From Candidatus Magasanikbacteria bacterium CG11_big_fil_rev_8_21_14_0_20_39_34 (lineage in GTDB: Bacteria > Patescibacteriota > Patescibacteriia > Magasanikbacterales > UBA922): 64,000 nt of DNA. Shown here in pieces: positions 23,172-33,615 of this stretch. How positions within the stretch are numbered: position 1 is the stretch's first letter; the number at the start of each line of letters is the position of its first letter. The stretch covers positions 248,996 to 312,995 of the forward strand of contig PCWN01000007.1 of assembly GCA_002787355.1 (NCBI GenBank), given 5' to 3'. The notes beneath the pieces are model-generated. The model made no database searches, had not been told where the DNA came from, and saw only the letters and a list, made by a program, of their open reading frames with translations. A program made the translations under genes and the position numbers.

Positions 23172-23963
23172 ATGCAACTTGTATTTTCAGGAATTGTCCC
23201 ACATACCCCCCTTCTTATAGAAAGTATTTCAAAAGAAAAGAAAGACTATCTCCAAAAGAGTCATGCCGCCATTTCTGAACTTGAACAATCCCTTTATGTA
23301 AGTAAGCCTGATGTTTTGATTATTCTCTCACTTCATGAGGGAAGATACGATAATGCTTTTACTATTAATACGCAACCAGAGTTCCTTGCTACCTTTGAAC
23401 AATTTGGTGACCTTTCTACCAAAAAGATTTGGAAGGGAGCTACACATTTAGGTGCTACTATTGCACATAGTGATACTCCCAATACCCTTCCTATACAACT
23501 CGTCTCCGAATCAAAGCTTGATTATGGAACAGCCGTTCCGCTCATACTTCTGACTCAACATCTTCAAAATATAAAAATACTTCCTATTGGATACTCCCAT
23601 CTTTCCCCTAAAGAACATTTTGACTTTGGAAGTCTTATTCGGGAAAGATTAGCGGAATCAAATAAAAGAGTTGCTATCATCGCCTCTGGAGATCTGGCGC
23701 ATACCTTAAGTCCTGCATCCCCTCTTGGGTATCATGAAGATGGACAAAAATTTGATACCTCGATTATTGAAATGCTTCAGTCTGGTAATACGGCAGGCAT
23801 TTTGAACCTTGATCCAGCAATTATTGAAAATGCCAAAGGTGATATCTATAAACCACTTCTTATACTTTTGGGGCTTTTACAGGATATGCGCTTTAATTTC
23901 AAAAATTTATCCTATGAAGCGCCTTTTGGGATAGGTTATCTTGTTGGACAATTTGAATTTTAA
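23172..23963 (+). CDS. LigB/Memo (AmmeMemoRadiSam protein B-like) family protein
   Basis: PHTP, LDYGTAVPL, ASGDLAH, YEAPFGIGYLV. Confidence 0.8.
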   Translation: MQLVFSGIVPHTPLLIESISKEKKDYLQKSHAAISELEQSLYVSKPDVLIILSLHEGRYDNAFTINTQPEFLATFEQFGDLSTKKIWKGATHLGATIAHSDTPNTLPIQLVSESKLDYGTAVPLILLTQHLQNIKILPIGYSHLSPKEHFDFGSLIRERLAESNKRVAIIASGDLAHTLSPASPLGYHEDGQKFDTSIIEMLQSGNTAGILNLDPAIIENAKGDIYKPLLILLGLLQDMRFNFKNLSYEAPFGIGYLVGQFEF

Positions 23964-23983
23964 AACAATCACAACCGTACGCT

Positions 23984-25861
23984 ATGCTTGTTGAAATTCT
24001 TCCGCTCAGGCAGGTTCCGCGTGCATTGGATCAGCTTACCTACCGCGTACCCAAGGAACTTCTCGACACAATATCTGTGGGTCAAATTGTGAAAGTCCCA
24101 TTTCGGAAGTCTTTTATTTCAGGCCTTGTTTTGTCATTGCACAGCACCGATACTATACACCTCCAGAATATCAAAGATGTAGACTCTATCATTTGTGCTC
24201 TTCCACTTCTTAATCAAGAATATGTCCTCAAGCTCCAGGAAGTTGCTAAAATGTATAGCACCAGTGCCGGGGATCTTGTAAAAAAATGTCTTCCCCCACT
24301 CCAAGTACGAAAGCTCAAGTCTCTAAAGAGCTTTCATCTTCCTCAATATAAAACACAAAAGGGAAAGAAAAAAATTCAATATCATTATTATTCCACACAG
24401 CAAGAGCACGCAAATTTTTTAAAAAAAGCTTCCAAGGGAAAAACTCTTATAATTATCCCTGAAACTTTTTATAAAAACACGCTTCTTTCCATATTCCAAA
24501 ATCAAAAAAATATTCCCATTATTTTTGATAGTTCAGATACAACCAAACAACTCTATGAAAATTGGTTTGCTCTTCACAGCAATGAGTCAAATATTATCAT
24601 AGGTCTTCGAAACGCCGTTTTTTTACCATTGTATCTCTTTGATACTATTATTGTAGATTACGAGCATGAACAAAATCACAAACATTGGGATCAGAAGCCT
24701 CGATTTCATGTCAAAGACGTCTTGGATATTCTTTCCCCCACTTTAAAAGCAAACATTCACTACGCAAGTTTTTGTCCCAGTGTTTCTTCATATCACTCGC
24801 TCTATAATGATATATTTTCCTTTGAAAAAAAGCTTAGTAAAACTACTCTTCTTTTTTCAAAACAAAAATCTTTTCCTTGCATCATTGATATGAAGGATGA
24901 AAAACGTGGCAAGAATTTTTCTTTTTTTTCAGAATATGTACAAAACCTTATTTTTGAAACTGAAGAAAATCTTTTCTTTTACCTCAACCGAAAAGGTTTT
25001 GCACGTTCTGTGGGATGTAGTCATTGCGATAACATAGAATCTTGTGCCAAATGTCATCTTCCACTTACTTATTTTAAGGATGAAAAAGTTTTACGTTGCA
25101 ACTATTGTCAGTATACAGAATCTTTTTCATCTACCTGTAAAAAATGTAAATCTTCTCTCGTTGAGTTGCAAGGTGTTGGGATTGAAATGGTGGAAAGTGA
25201 ACTCAAACGAGCTCTGCCTGATATTAAAAAAAACATTATCCGTATAGACTCCAATACCAGTGAAATCCCTTCATTTTCTGATTCGAGAAATATTGTGGTG
25301 GGTACCGCACGCGCTCTGGGGGTTATTGATTTTAAAAAATTTGATAAAATCATCATACTTGACCTTGATAGGCAGATGCTTATTCCCGAATATATGGCCA
25401 CAGAAAATATGTGGTCTACCCTTTGCTTTTTTGAATTTTTTTCACAATCCATGAGTAAAATAATTATTCAAACCCATAATACACAACACTTTTTACTCAA
25501 ATCCCTTCAGGAAAAAGACCGCTTTTACCGTACCGAGTTGCTTCTACGCAAAGAAACCCTTTATCCGCCCTATATTGCCCTTTCTCGATATTTTTATGGC
25601 GGAAGGTCCCCTGAACTCGCCTATCAGGAGGCAAAGCGCGTATACGACACTCTTAAGCGTACGTTGACAGAAACTCGAAAATCTGTTACTATCATTGGCC
25701 CCATAGAAATGCAGCCCAGATACTTCCGAAATCAGTACTGGTACTGTATAATAGCTAAAATGACAAAAGAAGCCTGGGAAAACGATCTCCCGTGGTTGAA
25801 TGCACACTTTCCCCCATCGTGGAAGGTGGACCCCAACCCTATTTCGCTTCTTTCACCATAA
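23984..25861 (+). CDS. priA: Primosomal protein N' (degenerate helicase motifs)
   Basis: N-terminal 3'-DNA-binding domain, LNRKGFA, four CxxC pairs, YPPY; upstream of def-fmt. Confidence 0.85.
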   Translation: MLVEILPLRQVPRALDQLTYRVPKELLDTISVGQIVKVPFRKSFISGLVLSLHSTDTIHLQNIKDVDSIICALPLLNQEYVLKLQEVAKMYSTSAGDLVKKCLPPLQVRKLKSLKSFHLPQYKTQKGKKKIQYHYYSTQQEHANFLKKASKGKTLIIIPETFYKNTLLSIFQNQKNIPIIFDSSDTTKQLYENWFALHSNESNIIIGLRNAVFLPLYLFDTIIVDYEHEQNHKHWDQKPRFHVKDVLDILSPTLKANIHYASFCPSVSSYHSLYNDIFSFEKKLSKTTLLFSKQKSFPCIIDMKDEKRGKNFSFFSEYVQNLIFETEENLFFYLNRKGFARSVGCSHCDNIESCAKCHLPLTYFKDEKVLRCNYCQYTESFSSTCKKCKSSLVELQGVGIEMVESELKRALPDIKKNIIRIDSNTSEIPSFSDSRNIVVGTARALGVIDFKKFDKIIILDLDRQMLIPEYMATENMWSTLCFFEFFSQSMSKIIIQTHNTQHFLLKSLQEKDRFYRTELLLRKETLYPPYIALSRYFYGGRSPELAYQEAKRVYDTLKRTLTETRKSVTIIGPIEMQPRYFRNQYWYCIIAKMTKEAWENDLPWLNAHFPPSWKVDPNPISLLSP

Positions 25862-25878
25862 ATATTTTTGAATTCGTT

Positions 25879-26382
25879 ATGCTCGATATCATTACGGTAC
25901 CAACTCCAAGCCTGCGAAAACGATCCAAAGAAATTGATCATAATTTTTTGGTTTTGGAGGAAACACAACAGTTTATAGATGATATGGTCACAACTATGTA
26001 TGAAGATGATGGGATTGGCCTTGCGGCCCCCCAAGTAGCCCAAAATATTCGTATCTGTGTTATAGGAAAGGAAGCCATTCCCAAAAAACATCACATCAAA
26101 GGAGACCTTATACTCGTGAACCCTACATGGGAAAGAATTTCAAAAAAGACCCTCTGGGATATTGAAGGTTGTCTTTCTGTACCAAGGATTTTTGGAAAAG
26201 TAAAAAGATATAAGGAAATTGAAATAAAAGCATGGGATAGAAACGGCAAACCTCTTTCTTTTGAGGCAAATGACTTTTTGGCCCGTGTTATACAACATGA
26301 AGTAGATCATCTCGACGGAGTTCTTTTCATTGATAAAGCAAGAGATTTATACGAAGTAGAAAGAAAAGACTCACGTCTGTAA
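25879..26382 (+). CDS. def: Peptide deformylase
   Basis: GIGLAAPQV, EGCLSVP, QHEVDHLDG; likely start 25879. Confidence 0.96.
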   Translation: MLDIITVPTPSLRKRSKEIDHNFLVLEETQQFIDDMVTTMYEDDGIGLAAPQVAQNIRICVIGKEAIPKKHHIKGDLILVNPTWERISKKTLWDIEGCLSVPRIFGKVKRYKEIEIKAWDRNGKPLSFEANDFLARVIQHEVDHLDGVLFIDKARDLYEVERKDSRL

Positions 26383-26405
26383 TATACTTACTTATCTTTG
26401 CCCAC

Positions 26406-27347
26406 ATGCAACAAGACTCAGCTCAAAATGGAACCCCTATCGTTTTTTTTGGAACTCAAACATTTGCTTGTCACATTTTACAAGGACTTCTTCAGAGTCC
26501 TTTTTTTCATGTTTCTTTGGTTATTACCCAACCAGATAAACCCGTGGGGAGAAAAAAAGTTCTCACCCCTTCACCGGTAAAAACTCTTGCACAATCTTTT
26601 GAGATACCAACTGAAACTCCCAATTCTTTGAAGAATTATCAAATTCCTCCTGGAAGCCCCGCTCTTGCCGTTGTTGCACAATATGGGAAGATTATTCCAG
26701 AATCTATCCTAAATAGCTTTTCCATGGGTGTTATCAATGTACACACATCTCTTTTGCCAAAATATCGTGGCGCATCCCCCATACAATCTGCTATAGTGAA
26801 TGGAGATACTCAAACTGGGGTGACCATCATGCTTATGGACGTAGGAATGGATACTGGGCCAATTCTCTCTTATGAAACTCTAAGAATTTTACCAGATGAT
26901 ACTTATCCTGAGGTAGATCAAAAACTTGCCAATATTGGTTCAGAGTTACTCCTTCAAACACTCCCAAAAGTTTTGGATGGAACCATTACCCCACAAAAAC
27001 AAAATGATTCTGAAGCCACTGCTTGTAAAATGCTTTCCCGAGAGGATGGAAAAATACACTGGGATACAATGAAGGCAAACCATATATATAACCTATACCG
27101 AGGTCTTACTCCATGGCCTGGAGTTTGGACTACTCTGGATGGTTTACGACTCAAACTTCACAAAATCACTCCTTCAGAGAAAGGAATTCCTGCAGGAGTC
27201 CTCCTCTTTGAAGATGGGAAGATATACGTGGGAGCAATGGAGGGCTCAATAGAAATTTTGGACCTTCAACTTGAAGGAAAACCAAGCATGAATGCACAAA
27301 CCTTTATAAATGGGTTTCAAAAGTATAATCACGCACACTTGATATAG
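26406..27347 (+). CDS. fmt: Methionyl-tRNA formyltransferase
   Basis: TQPDKPVGR, NVHTSLLPKYRGASP, MDTGPI. Confidence 0.96.
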   Translation: MQQDSAQNGTPIVFFGTQTFACHILQGLLQSPFFHVSLVITQPDKPVGRKKVLTPSPVKTLAQSFEIPTETPNSLKNYQIPPGSPALAVVAQYGKIIPESILNSFSMGVINVHTSLLPKYRGASPIQSAIVNGDTQTGVTIMLMDVGMDTGPILSYETLRILPDDTYPEVDQKLANIGSELLLQTLPKVLDGTITPQKQNDSEATACKMLSREDGKIHWDTMKANHIYNLYRGLTPWPGVWTTLDGLRLKLHKITPSEKGIPAGVLLFEDGKIYVGAMEGSIEILDLQLEGKPSMNAQTFINGFQKYNHAHLI

Positions 27348-27353
27348 TGTCAT

Positions 27354-28811
27354 ATGCCCCAAACATTCATATCTGAAAAGATTTGTTTCCATAAGGAAAC
27401 CGTCTTGTATATTCTTACCTTTATTGGACTTCGAATTTTTTCTTACTTATTTACCTCTCATGATATCCTACAAGCAATCTTCTGTTTTGTTTCTATCATG
27501 CTTTTTGGTCTTCTTTACTTTAAAAATGAAGAATATGCTTTTCTCCTTCTCTTGGGCGAGCTCCTCCTTGGCGGATCCGGACACTTATTCGAATTTTTTG
27601 GCCTCTCACTACGACTCCTCCTTCTTATTTGTTTTTCCCTTTTATGGTTTTTACATCACACCCTCTTTTTGAAAACCATAAAGAAGTTCTACATACCACA
27701 TCATATTTTTCATCTTCTCATTGCACTTTCCTTTATTGTCTTTTTTTCTTTTTTTAATGGTTTACAATCAGGACATATCCCCCATAATGTCATCTCTGAC
27801 ACTATTCCATACGTCTATTTTACATTTCTTCTTCCATTCTATTTTCTTCTTCACAATGTTCATACTCAGCATTCGCTTCTTCGTCTTGTGGTCGCTTTTA
27901 TTGTGGGGAGTTCGCTTTTTTCCGTATTTAACTTCGTCATGTTCAGTTCTGGTGCTACAGTCATCCAGGGACCTTACTATTTATGGCTCCGTTGGGTCAA
28001 TTTGGCAAAAATAACAGACATGGGCGAAGGTTTTTTTCGAATCGTTTTACCGGAACATTTTCTTCTTATTCCCATTGCTCTTTTATTGATGTCACTTCTT
28101 ATAACAAAAATGCGTCATTCCAAGTTTTTTATTTTTCTTCTTATTCTCATACTTTTAACAACCATTATTGATCTTTCCAGAACACTCCTTTTGGGATTGG
28201 GAATTGGATCTTTTGTGCTCTTGTATCGTCATAACGTTCTAAGTTGGGTTAAGATCATGCTATTTACACTTCTTATATCTTTTATCCTTTTTGTATCTAT
28301 CAATTTTACAGCAAGCCAAGGGAAAACATTTGGATTTGACCTTTTTACAACCCGAGTAACCAGTCTTATAAACCCAGATACCGAACGAAGTACAAAAACA
28401 CGAATGGCACTCCTACCAGATATTTGGGCACAAATAGAAACGAGCCCCCTTTTTGGTAACGGTCTTGGTGCAGAAGTTACCTACTTTGATACCTATGAGT
28501 CAAAAGAAATAGCCACAACACAACTTGACTGGGGATATTTTGAGTTATTGGTAGAAATTGGAATTTTCGGAGCATTTATCTATTTAAGTGTTATTATACT
28601 TACTCTCTTGGGATTGTTGCATAAGATAAAAAACCATATTCTGCACAAAAGCTTTTATGTGGGTCTTCTTTCTGGCTTTGTTTCCTTACTTTTTATGAAT
28701 ATTACATCCCCAGCACTGTTTCATGTATTTGGTGTCTTTTTTATTGTTATCATAATAAGTATCATCATGCGCCCATATCACCTGCTTGATGCTTTTTTTC
28801 CTCCAGAATAA
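27354..28811 (+). CDS. O-antigen ligase (Wzy_C)-like membrane protein
   Basis: Polytopic; SRT motif, PLFGNGLG, ELLVEIGIFG. Confidence 0.75.
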   Translation: MPQTFISEKICFHKETVLYILTFIGLRIFSYLFTSHDILQAIFCFVSIMLFGLLYFKNEEYAFLLLLGELLLGGSGHLFEFFGLSLRLLLLICFSLLWFLHHTLFLKTIKKFYIPHHIFHLLIALSFIVFFSFFNGLQSGHIPHNVISDTIPYVYFTFLLPFYFLLHNVHTQHSLLRLVVAFIVGSSLFSVFNFVMFSSGATVIQGPYYLWLRWVNLAKITDMGEGFFRIVLPEHFLLIPIALLLMSLLITKMRHSKFFIFLLILILLTTIIDLSRTLLLGLGIGSFVLLYRHNVLSWVKIMLFTLLISFILFVSINFTASQGKTFGFDLFTTRVTSLINPDTERSTKTRMALLPDIWAQIETSPLFGNGLGAEVTYFDTYESKEIATTQLDWGYFELLVEIGIFGAFIYLSVIILTLLGLLHKIKNHILHKSFYVGLLSGFVSLLFMNITSPALFHVFGVFFIVIIISIIMRPYHLLDAFFPPE

Positions 28812-28814
28812 TCT

Positions 28815-29960
28815 ATGAACAAACATCCACTCACTTGGGTAGAAATATCCGAAAATGCTCTTAAAAATAATGTTTCCCTTCTGCGCAGTATCGTTGGTGA
28901 GCATGTCCTTTTAGCACCTTGCGTGAAAGGGAATGCCTATGGTCATGATCTTCTTACATGTGCAAAAATTTTTGCAGATTTTGGAGCGGATTGGCTTTGT
29001 GTAAATGCATTATTTGAAGCAAAAAAAATTCGAACTATCCTCAAAGATATTCCCATACTTGTTCTTGGATATATCCAGCTTCACGAACTCCAAGAAGCAG
29101 TAGAAAACAATGTCAAACTGGTAGTTTATAATACAGAAACCTTAGAGCAATTAGAGAAAATTGGAGCTACTACTGGGAAAGAAATTGATGTTCATGTAAA
29201 AGCAGAAACTGGGAACAATCGCCAAGGCCTCAAAAAAGATGAACTTGTGACCTTTTGTAAAGAGGTCAAGAAGAAAAAACATCTTCGTCTTGAGGGTATA
29301 TACACACATTTTGCAAATATTGAAGACACCACTGACCACAGCTATGCCATGCAACAGCTCCAAACTTTTCACGATATTCTTTTAGAACTTGAAAATAAAG
29401 GAATTGTTATTCCCATTAAGCATTGTGCCAACTCAGCGGCTACACTGCTATTCTCAGAAACTCATTTTAACATGGTACGACCAGGAATTGCTTCCTATGG
29501 CCTCTGGCCTTCCAACGAAACCTATGTTTCTTATCTTTCATCTGGAAAAAGTCCCCTTATGCTTTCCCCTGCACTTGCATGGAAAACAAAAATAGCCCAG
29601 GTAAAAGAAATCGATGCCGGACAGTTTATTGGTTATGGCTGCACCTACAAGACAACCCATCAAACACGATTGGCAATTCTCCCTATTGGATATTATGATG
29701 GATATGATAGAAAGCTTTCCAATCAAGCCTATGTGCTCATACACGGAAAACGCGCCCCTATTCGAGGACGCGTTTGCATGAATATAGTTATGGTAGATGT
29801 AACAGATATCCCAGATGTACACATAGAGGATGAGGTGGTGCTTCTTGGATCATCGGGAAGTGAACGCATTACCGCAGAGCAACTCGGAAACTGGACCGGT
29901 TCCATTAATTATGAAGATGTTACCCGTATTCGTGAATCTATTCTCCGTATTTCTGTGTAA
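28815..29960 (+). CDS. alr: Alanine racemase
   Basis: VKGNAYGH, VRPGI, IGYYDGY, GRVCMN. Confidence 0.95.
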   Translation: MNKHPLTWVEISENALKNNVSLLRSIVGEHVLLAPCVKGNAYGHDLLTCAKIFADFGADWLCVNALFEAKKIRTILKDIPILVLGYIQLHELQEAVENNVKLVVYNTETLEQLEKIGATTGKEIDVHVKAETGNNRQGLKKDELVTFCKEVKKKKHLRLEGIYTHFANIEDTTDHSYAMQQLQTFHDILLELENKGIVIPIKHCANSAATLLFSETHFNMVRPGIASYGLWPSNETYVSYLSSGKSPLMLSPALAWKTKIAQVKEIDAGQFIGYGCTYKTTHQTRLAILPIGYYDGYDRKLSNQAYVLIHGKRAPIRGRVCMNIVMVDVTDIPDVHIEDEVVLLGSSGSERITAEQLGNWTGSINYEDVTRIRESILRISV

Positions 29961-29962
29961 TT

Positions 29963-30550
29963 TTATAATGGAAGAGTAAGGTTAATACCGGAACCAATGG
30001 GTTGACCACTGGCATTCATTCCTACGGGAGCCGGATCAAAATTTACTGCAATAGGCATAAGATCCCCCGTAAGGGTAGAGTGATAGATCATTTTATTTTT
30101 TCTTCCGTATTCATACACTTCCTTTGTCACTTTTACATCTTGCTCACAGTATTCCTTTATCAAATCAATTTTTCCTTCTTTAAACCACTCCATAGCCTGC
30201 AGTCCATCTGCACTTTTTTGTATTTGCAATGTTGCCTTTGCTACATCATCTAATTTCAATCTTTTTCCAAAAGAATCTTTGATGACTTTCAACAAATCCA
30301 AGTGAGGAATTTGGGTAAGATCACCTGCATAGTACTTATTGAGGATAGGAAGATCAAAATGTGCGCTATTATATCCTATTATTCTTTCTGCTTTTTCAAG
30401 CAATGGCCAAAGCTCTGAAAGCTCATGTTCTTCAAAAGATCTATATGAATCATGCTCAAATTCATAAATGGATACCACAGTGATTTTCATACTCATGATA
30501 TCGCGGATATCTCCAATGGTTTCTATATCAAAAACAATTTCTCGTGACAT
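29963..30550 (-). CDS. RNase H-like DEDD 3'-5' exonuclease domain protein
   Basis: FDIET, GYNSAHFD, YCEQDV. Confidence 0.82.
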   Translation of the reverse strand: MSREIVFDIETIGDIRDIMSMKITVVSIYEFEHDSYRSFEEHELSELWPLLEKAERIIGYNSAHFDLPILNKYYAGDLTQIPHLDLLKVIKDSFGKRLKLDDVAKATLQIQKSADGLQAMEWFKEGKIDLIKEYCEQDVKVTKEVYEYGRKNKMIYHSTLTGDLMPIAVNFDPAPVGMNASGQPIGSGINLTLPL

Positions 30551-30561
30551 AATGCTTCCAT

Positions 30562-30915
30562 TTATTTTACTTTTTTAAACTTTACAGTAAAAACTGGTTC
30601 ATATTCATTCTCGTATTGGTCATTTACACTTACCGATTGTCCTTTTACATACTGGTTGAGGGTAATATCAGTTAACATTTCCTGATCTGATTCAATATCA
30701 ATCTTTATATCATCCATCTGAATAAATTCTTTTGAAAATTGTTCTTTTACCGTGTTTTCTATCTGTTTTTTTCTCTCACGAAAGGTCTTAAGCTCATCGG
30801 AAACATCCGTATATTCAGATACTGAAGAGAGTGCTTCTCTATATGCCTTGTTTATCTCTCTCAGCTTTTTTTTATTTTCTTCTATTCTCACAAAAATTTC
30901 CTGTAGGTCTTGCAT
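30562..30915 (-). CDS. Hypothetical coiled-coil protein
   Basis: 117 aa ORF co-oriented with neighbours. Confidence 0.7.
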   Translation of the reverse strand: MQDLQEIFVRIEENKKKLREINKAYREALSSVSEYTDVSDELKTFRERKKQIENTVKEQFSKEFIQMDDIKIDIESDQEMLTDITLNQYVKGQSVSVNDQYENEYEPVFTVKFKKVK

Positions 30916-30980
30916 AGACTACATAATTATAATGATTAGTTACAACAGTATATCACAGTTAAAACTCTTTGTTAAGAAAT

Positions 30981-31009
30981 AAAAAAACGAGTTCTTTACT
31001 CGTTTTTTT
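30981..31009. terminator. Intrinsic terminator after msrB
   Basis: AAAAAAACGAGT-TCTTT-ACTCGTTTTTTT. Confidence 0.7.
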
Positions 31010-31024
31010 ATAATTCAATTTTTT

Positions 31025-31408
31025 CTAGTCCTCACCTTTTTTCTTAAAATCCAAGGCACAAGAGTTAATACAATATCTTTGCCCTGTGTTTGTGGGACCA
31101 TCATTAAATACATGTCCAAGATGAGATGAACAAGCCTTACAAGTGACCTCGGTACGCATCATTCCATGACTTGTATCTGTAGTAAGCACCACATGCTCAA
31201 GATTTTCTGGTTTATCAAAGCTTGGCCAACCACTCCCAGAATCAAATTTAGCATCTGAACTAAAGAGGTCTGCACCGCATGCAGCGCATTGATACATACC
31301 ATTCTCATGATGTTTATAATATTTTCCCGAAAAAGGAGCCTCTGTCCCCTTTTGTCTGAGAACAGCATATTGTTCTTCGGTAAGTTTTTCCTTGTATTCG
31401 TCTTCCAT
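31025..31408 (-). CDS. msrB: Methionine-R-sulfoxide reductase
   Basis: [30 protein letters not shown]. Confidence 0.96.
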   Translation of the reverse strand: MEDEYKEKLTEEQYAVLRQKGTEAPFSGKYYKHHENGMYQCAACGADLFSSDAKFDSGSGWPSFDKPENLEHVVLTTDTSHGMMRTEVTCKACSSHLGHVFNDGPTNTGQRYCINSCALDFKKKGED

Positions 31409-31414
31409 AGAATA

Positions 31415-33538
31415 TTATTTAGTATTAACAAGTTTATAATGTGCAAGAGAAAAACGCAAGGTTTCATACGGAATATTCCCTTCAAAATATTCAAATACGG
31501 GACTCAACTTTTCCGGATAACCATTCTTATCTACATAGTCTATGACCTGCTGGAGTTGCTCTTGGTTTACCAGCTTTTCAATTTCAATTGGTTGCCCCAT
31601 TTCATAGAGCTTTGCCAGATGTGCATAGATGGTTCCCGTATTCAAATTCCTTTCTTTTGCAATTTGTTCCGGGCTCCATCCCTTCTTATAATAGTCAAAG
31701 GTTACTACATAGGTTGCGCCTTGGATTTTTTTTCCTTCTTTTGTCTTTTTTTTGAGAAAATCCATGAGCAACTGGAGAATCTCTTCACCATACATTCTAT
31801 ACTTTGTTTGTCCAATTCCATTTATGCTGAGAAGATCCTCTTCTGTGGAAGGAAGCTTCTGTGCTATTTCCTCAAGAGTTGCATCTGAGGCAACCAGATA
31901 GGCTGCAATATCTTTTGCTTTTGCCACCTGTTGCCGCCATTTTTTGAGAAGTAAGTACAGTTCTTCTTGTGCGGATTCACGTGTTGTGGAACGCTGTTGT
32001 TGCCGCTTTATGGTTTCTTCTCTATCCAATAACCTTGCAAACTGTACCTTCTGTTTCCCAAGCAAAACTTCCTTCCCATAATCCGTTATCTGTAAAGTAC
32101 TTCCTCTATCATAGGCAATCTCCAAAAGGCCTAGATTGAGCATCTGGATAATATACTGCTGCCACTCGGGTGGAGAAATGTCTTTTCCTACCCCAAAGGT
32201 CTTAATTTTGTCATATCCATGAAATAAAATCTCATGCCTTTGAGAACCACGAAGGACATCTATGAGTATTCCCGCAGAAACTCTTCCCTGGAGTCGAAAA
32301 ACGGCAGAGAGTGCCTTCTGAGCTATGAGGCTTCCATCAAAAAATTCTGGTGGAGCATCACAAACATCACAGGCTCCACAATCTTTATGTACAGACTGTC
32401 CCAAATAGTTTAAGAGTATTCTTCTCCTACAGATAAGTGCATCTGCATACTGTTGCATACGCTGCAGTTTGGAATACTGTGTTTGGTTATTTTTACTTTC
32501 ACGTATAAGTTCTCGAAGAGTAATCACATCTGCAAAACTATAAAACAAAAAAGTATCTGCAGGCTGTCCATCACGTCCGGCACGCCCAATCTCCTGATAA
32601 TAGCTCTCTATATTTTTTGGAAGATTATAGTGAATAATATAACGAACGTTGGACTTATCAATCCCCATTCCAAAAGCAACCGTGGCACACATTACCTGAA
32701 TGTCCCCTTTTGCAAACTGTTCTTGCGTCTTTTCACGTTCTGATTTTTCCATCCCTGCGTGATAGGCAGCAACTGATATCCCAATTTTTTTGAGTTGATC
32801 CGCAACCTTTTCTGTTGATTTTCGAGATAAACAATAAATAATCCCCGAGTCTTCTTTTTTCCCCTGAATATACTTTCTGATAAATTGGATCCGTCCATTT
32901 GCTGGCAATACATTGAGGCGCAGATTTGGCCTATCAAAAGAAGAAACAAAAATTTCAGGGTGTTTCATGCAAAGCTGATCGACAATATCCCTCCTGGTAA
33001 GTTTATCTGCCGTTGCAGTGAGTGCCACAATGGGCACACCCGGAAATTGAGATTTTAATATACCAAGTTTGGTATATTCTGTACGAAAATCATGTCCCCA
33101 ACTTGAGATACAATGTGCTTCATCTATAGCAAATAAACTTATGGTTTTTTTGGAAAGCATGAAGAGCATTTGTGGACTCAAAAGTTTTTCTGGAGAAACA
33201 TATAATAATTTAAGTTTTCCCCTTTGAAATAAATCTTCCACTTCATCCTGCTCCTTCATGCTTTGTGAACTATTAAAGTATGCAGCCGGTACTCCATTTT
33301 GCTGTAAGCTCATGACTTGATCTTTCATTAAAGATATCAAAGGACTCACCACAATTGCAACTCCCTCAAACACAAGAGCAGGTATCTGAAAACACAGTGA
33401 CTTTCCCCCACCCGTTGGCATGAGTACCAGTGTATCTTTTTTCTTGAGTATTGCCTCTATAACCTTTGCCTGATTCTCTCGAAATTCACGAAACCCAAAC
33501 GTATCATTCAATATTTTTTTTGCTGCTTGTATATCCAT
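31415..33538 (-). CDS. recQ: DNA helicase RecQ
   Basis: MPTGGGKS, DEAHC, QEIGRAGRDG, Zn, RQC and HRDC domains. Confidence 0.96.
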   Translation of the reverse strand: MDIQAAKKILNDTFGFREFRENQAKVIEAILKKKDTLVLMPTGGGKSLCFQIPALVFEGVAIVVSPLISLMKDQVMSLQQNGVPAAYFNSSQSMKEQDEVEDLFQRGKLKLLYVSPEKLLSPQMLFMLSKKTISLFAIDEAHCISSWGHDFRTEYTKLGILKSQFPGVPIVALTATADKLTRRDIVDQLCMKHPEIFVSSFDRPNLRLNVLPANGRIQFIRKYIQGKKEDSGIIYCLSRKSTEKVADQLKKIGISVAAYHAGMEKSEREKTQEQFAKGDIQVMCATVAFGMGIDKSNVRYIIHYNLPKNIESYYQEIGRAGRDGQPADTFLFYSFADVITLRELIRESKNNQTQYSKLQRMQQYADALICRRRILLNYLGQSVHKDCGACDVCDAPPEFFDGSLIAQKALSAVFRLQGRVSAGILIDVLRGSQRHEILFHGYDKIKTFGVGKDISPPEWQQYIIQMLNLGLLEIAYDRGSTLQITDYGKEVLLGKQKVQFARLLDREETIKRQQQRSTTRESAQEELYLLLKKWRQQVAKAKDIAAYLVASDATLEEIAQKLPSTEEDLLSINGIGQTKYRMYGEEILQLLMDFLKKKTKEGKKIQGATYVVTFDYYKKGWSPEQIAKERNLNTGTIYAHLAKLYEMGQPIEIEKLVNQEQLQQVIDYVDKNGYPEKLSPVFEYFEGNIPYETLRFSLAHYKLVNTK

Positions 33539-33570
33539 ACCAAAACCATTGTATCAAATTTTTTGAGATC

Positions 33571-33599
33571 AAAAAAGGGGCAAAAAGAAGCCCCTTTTT
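33571..33599. terminator. Intrinsic terminator after giant protein gene
   Basis: AAAAAAGGGGC..GCCCCTTTT. Confidence 0.6.
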
Positions 33600-33615
33600 C
33601 TTTTTAAATTCTGAG

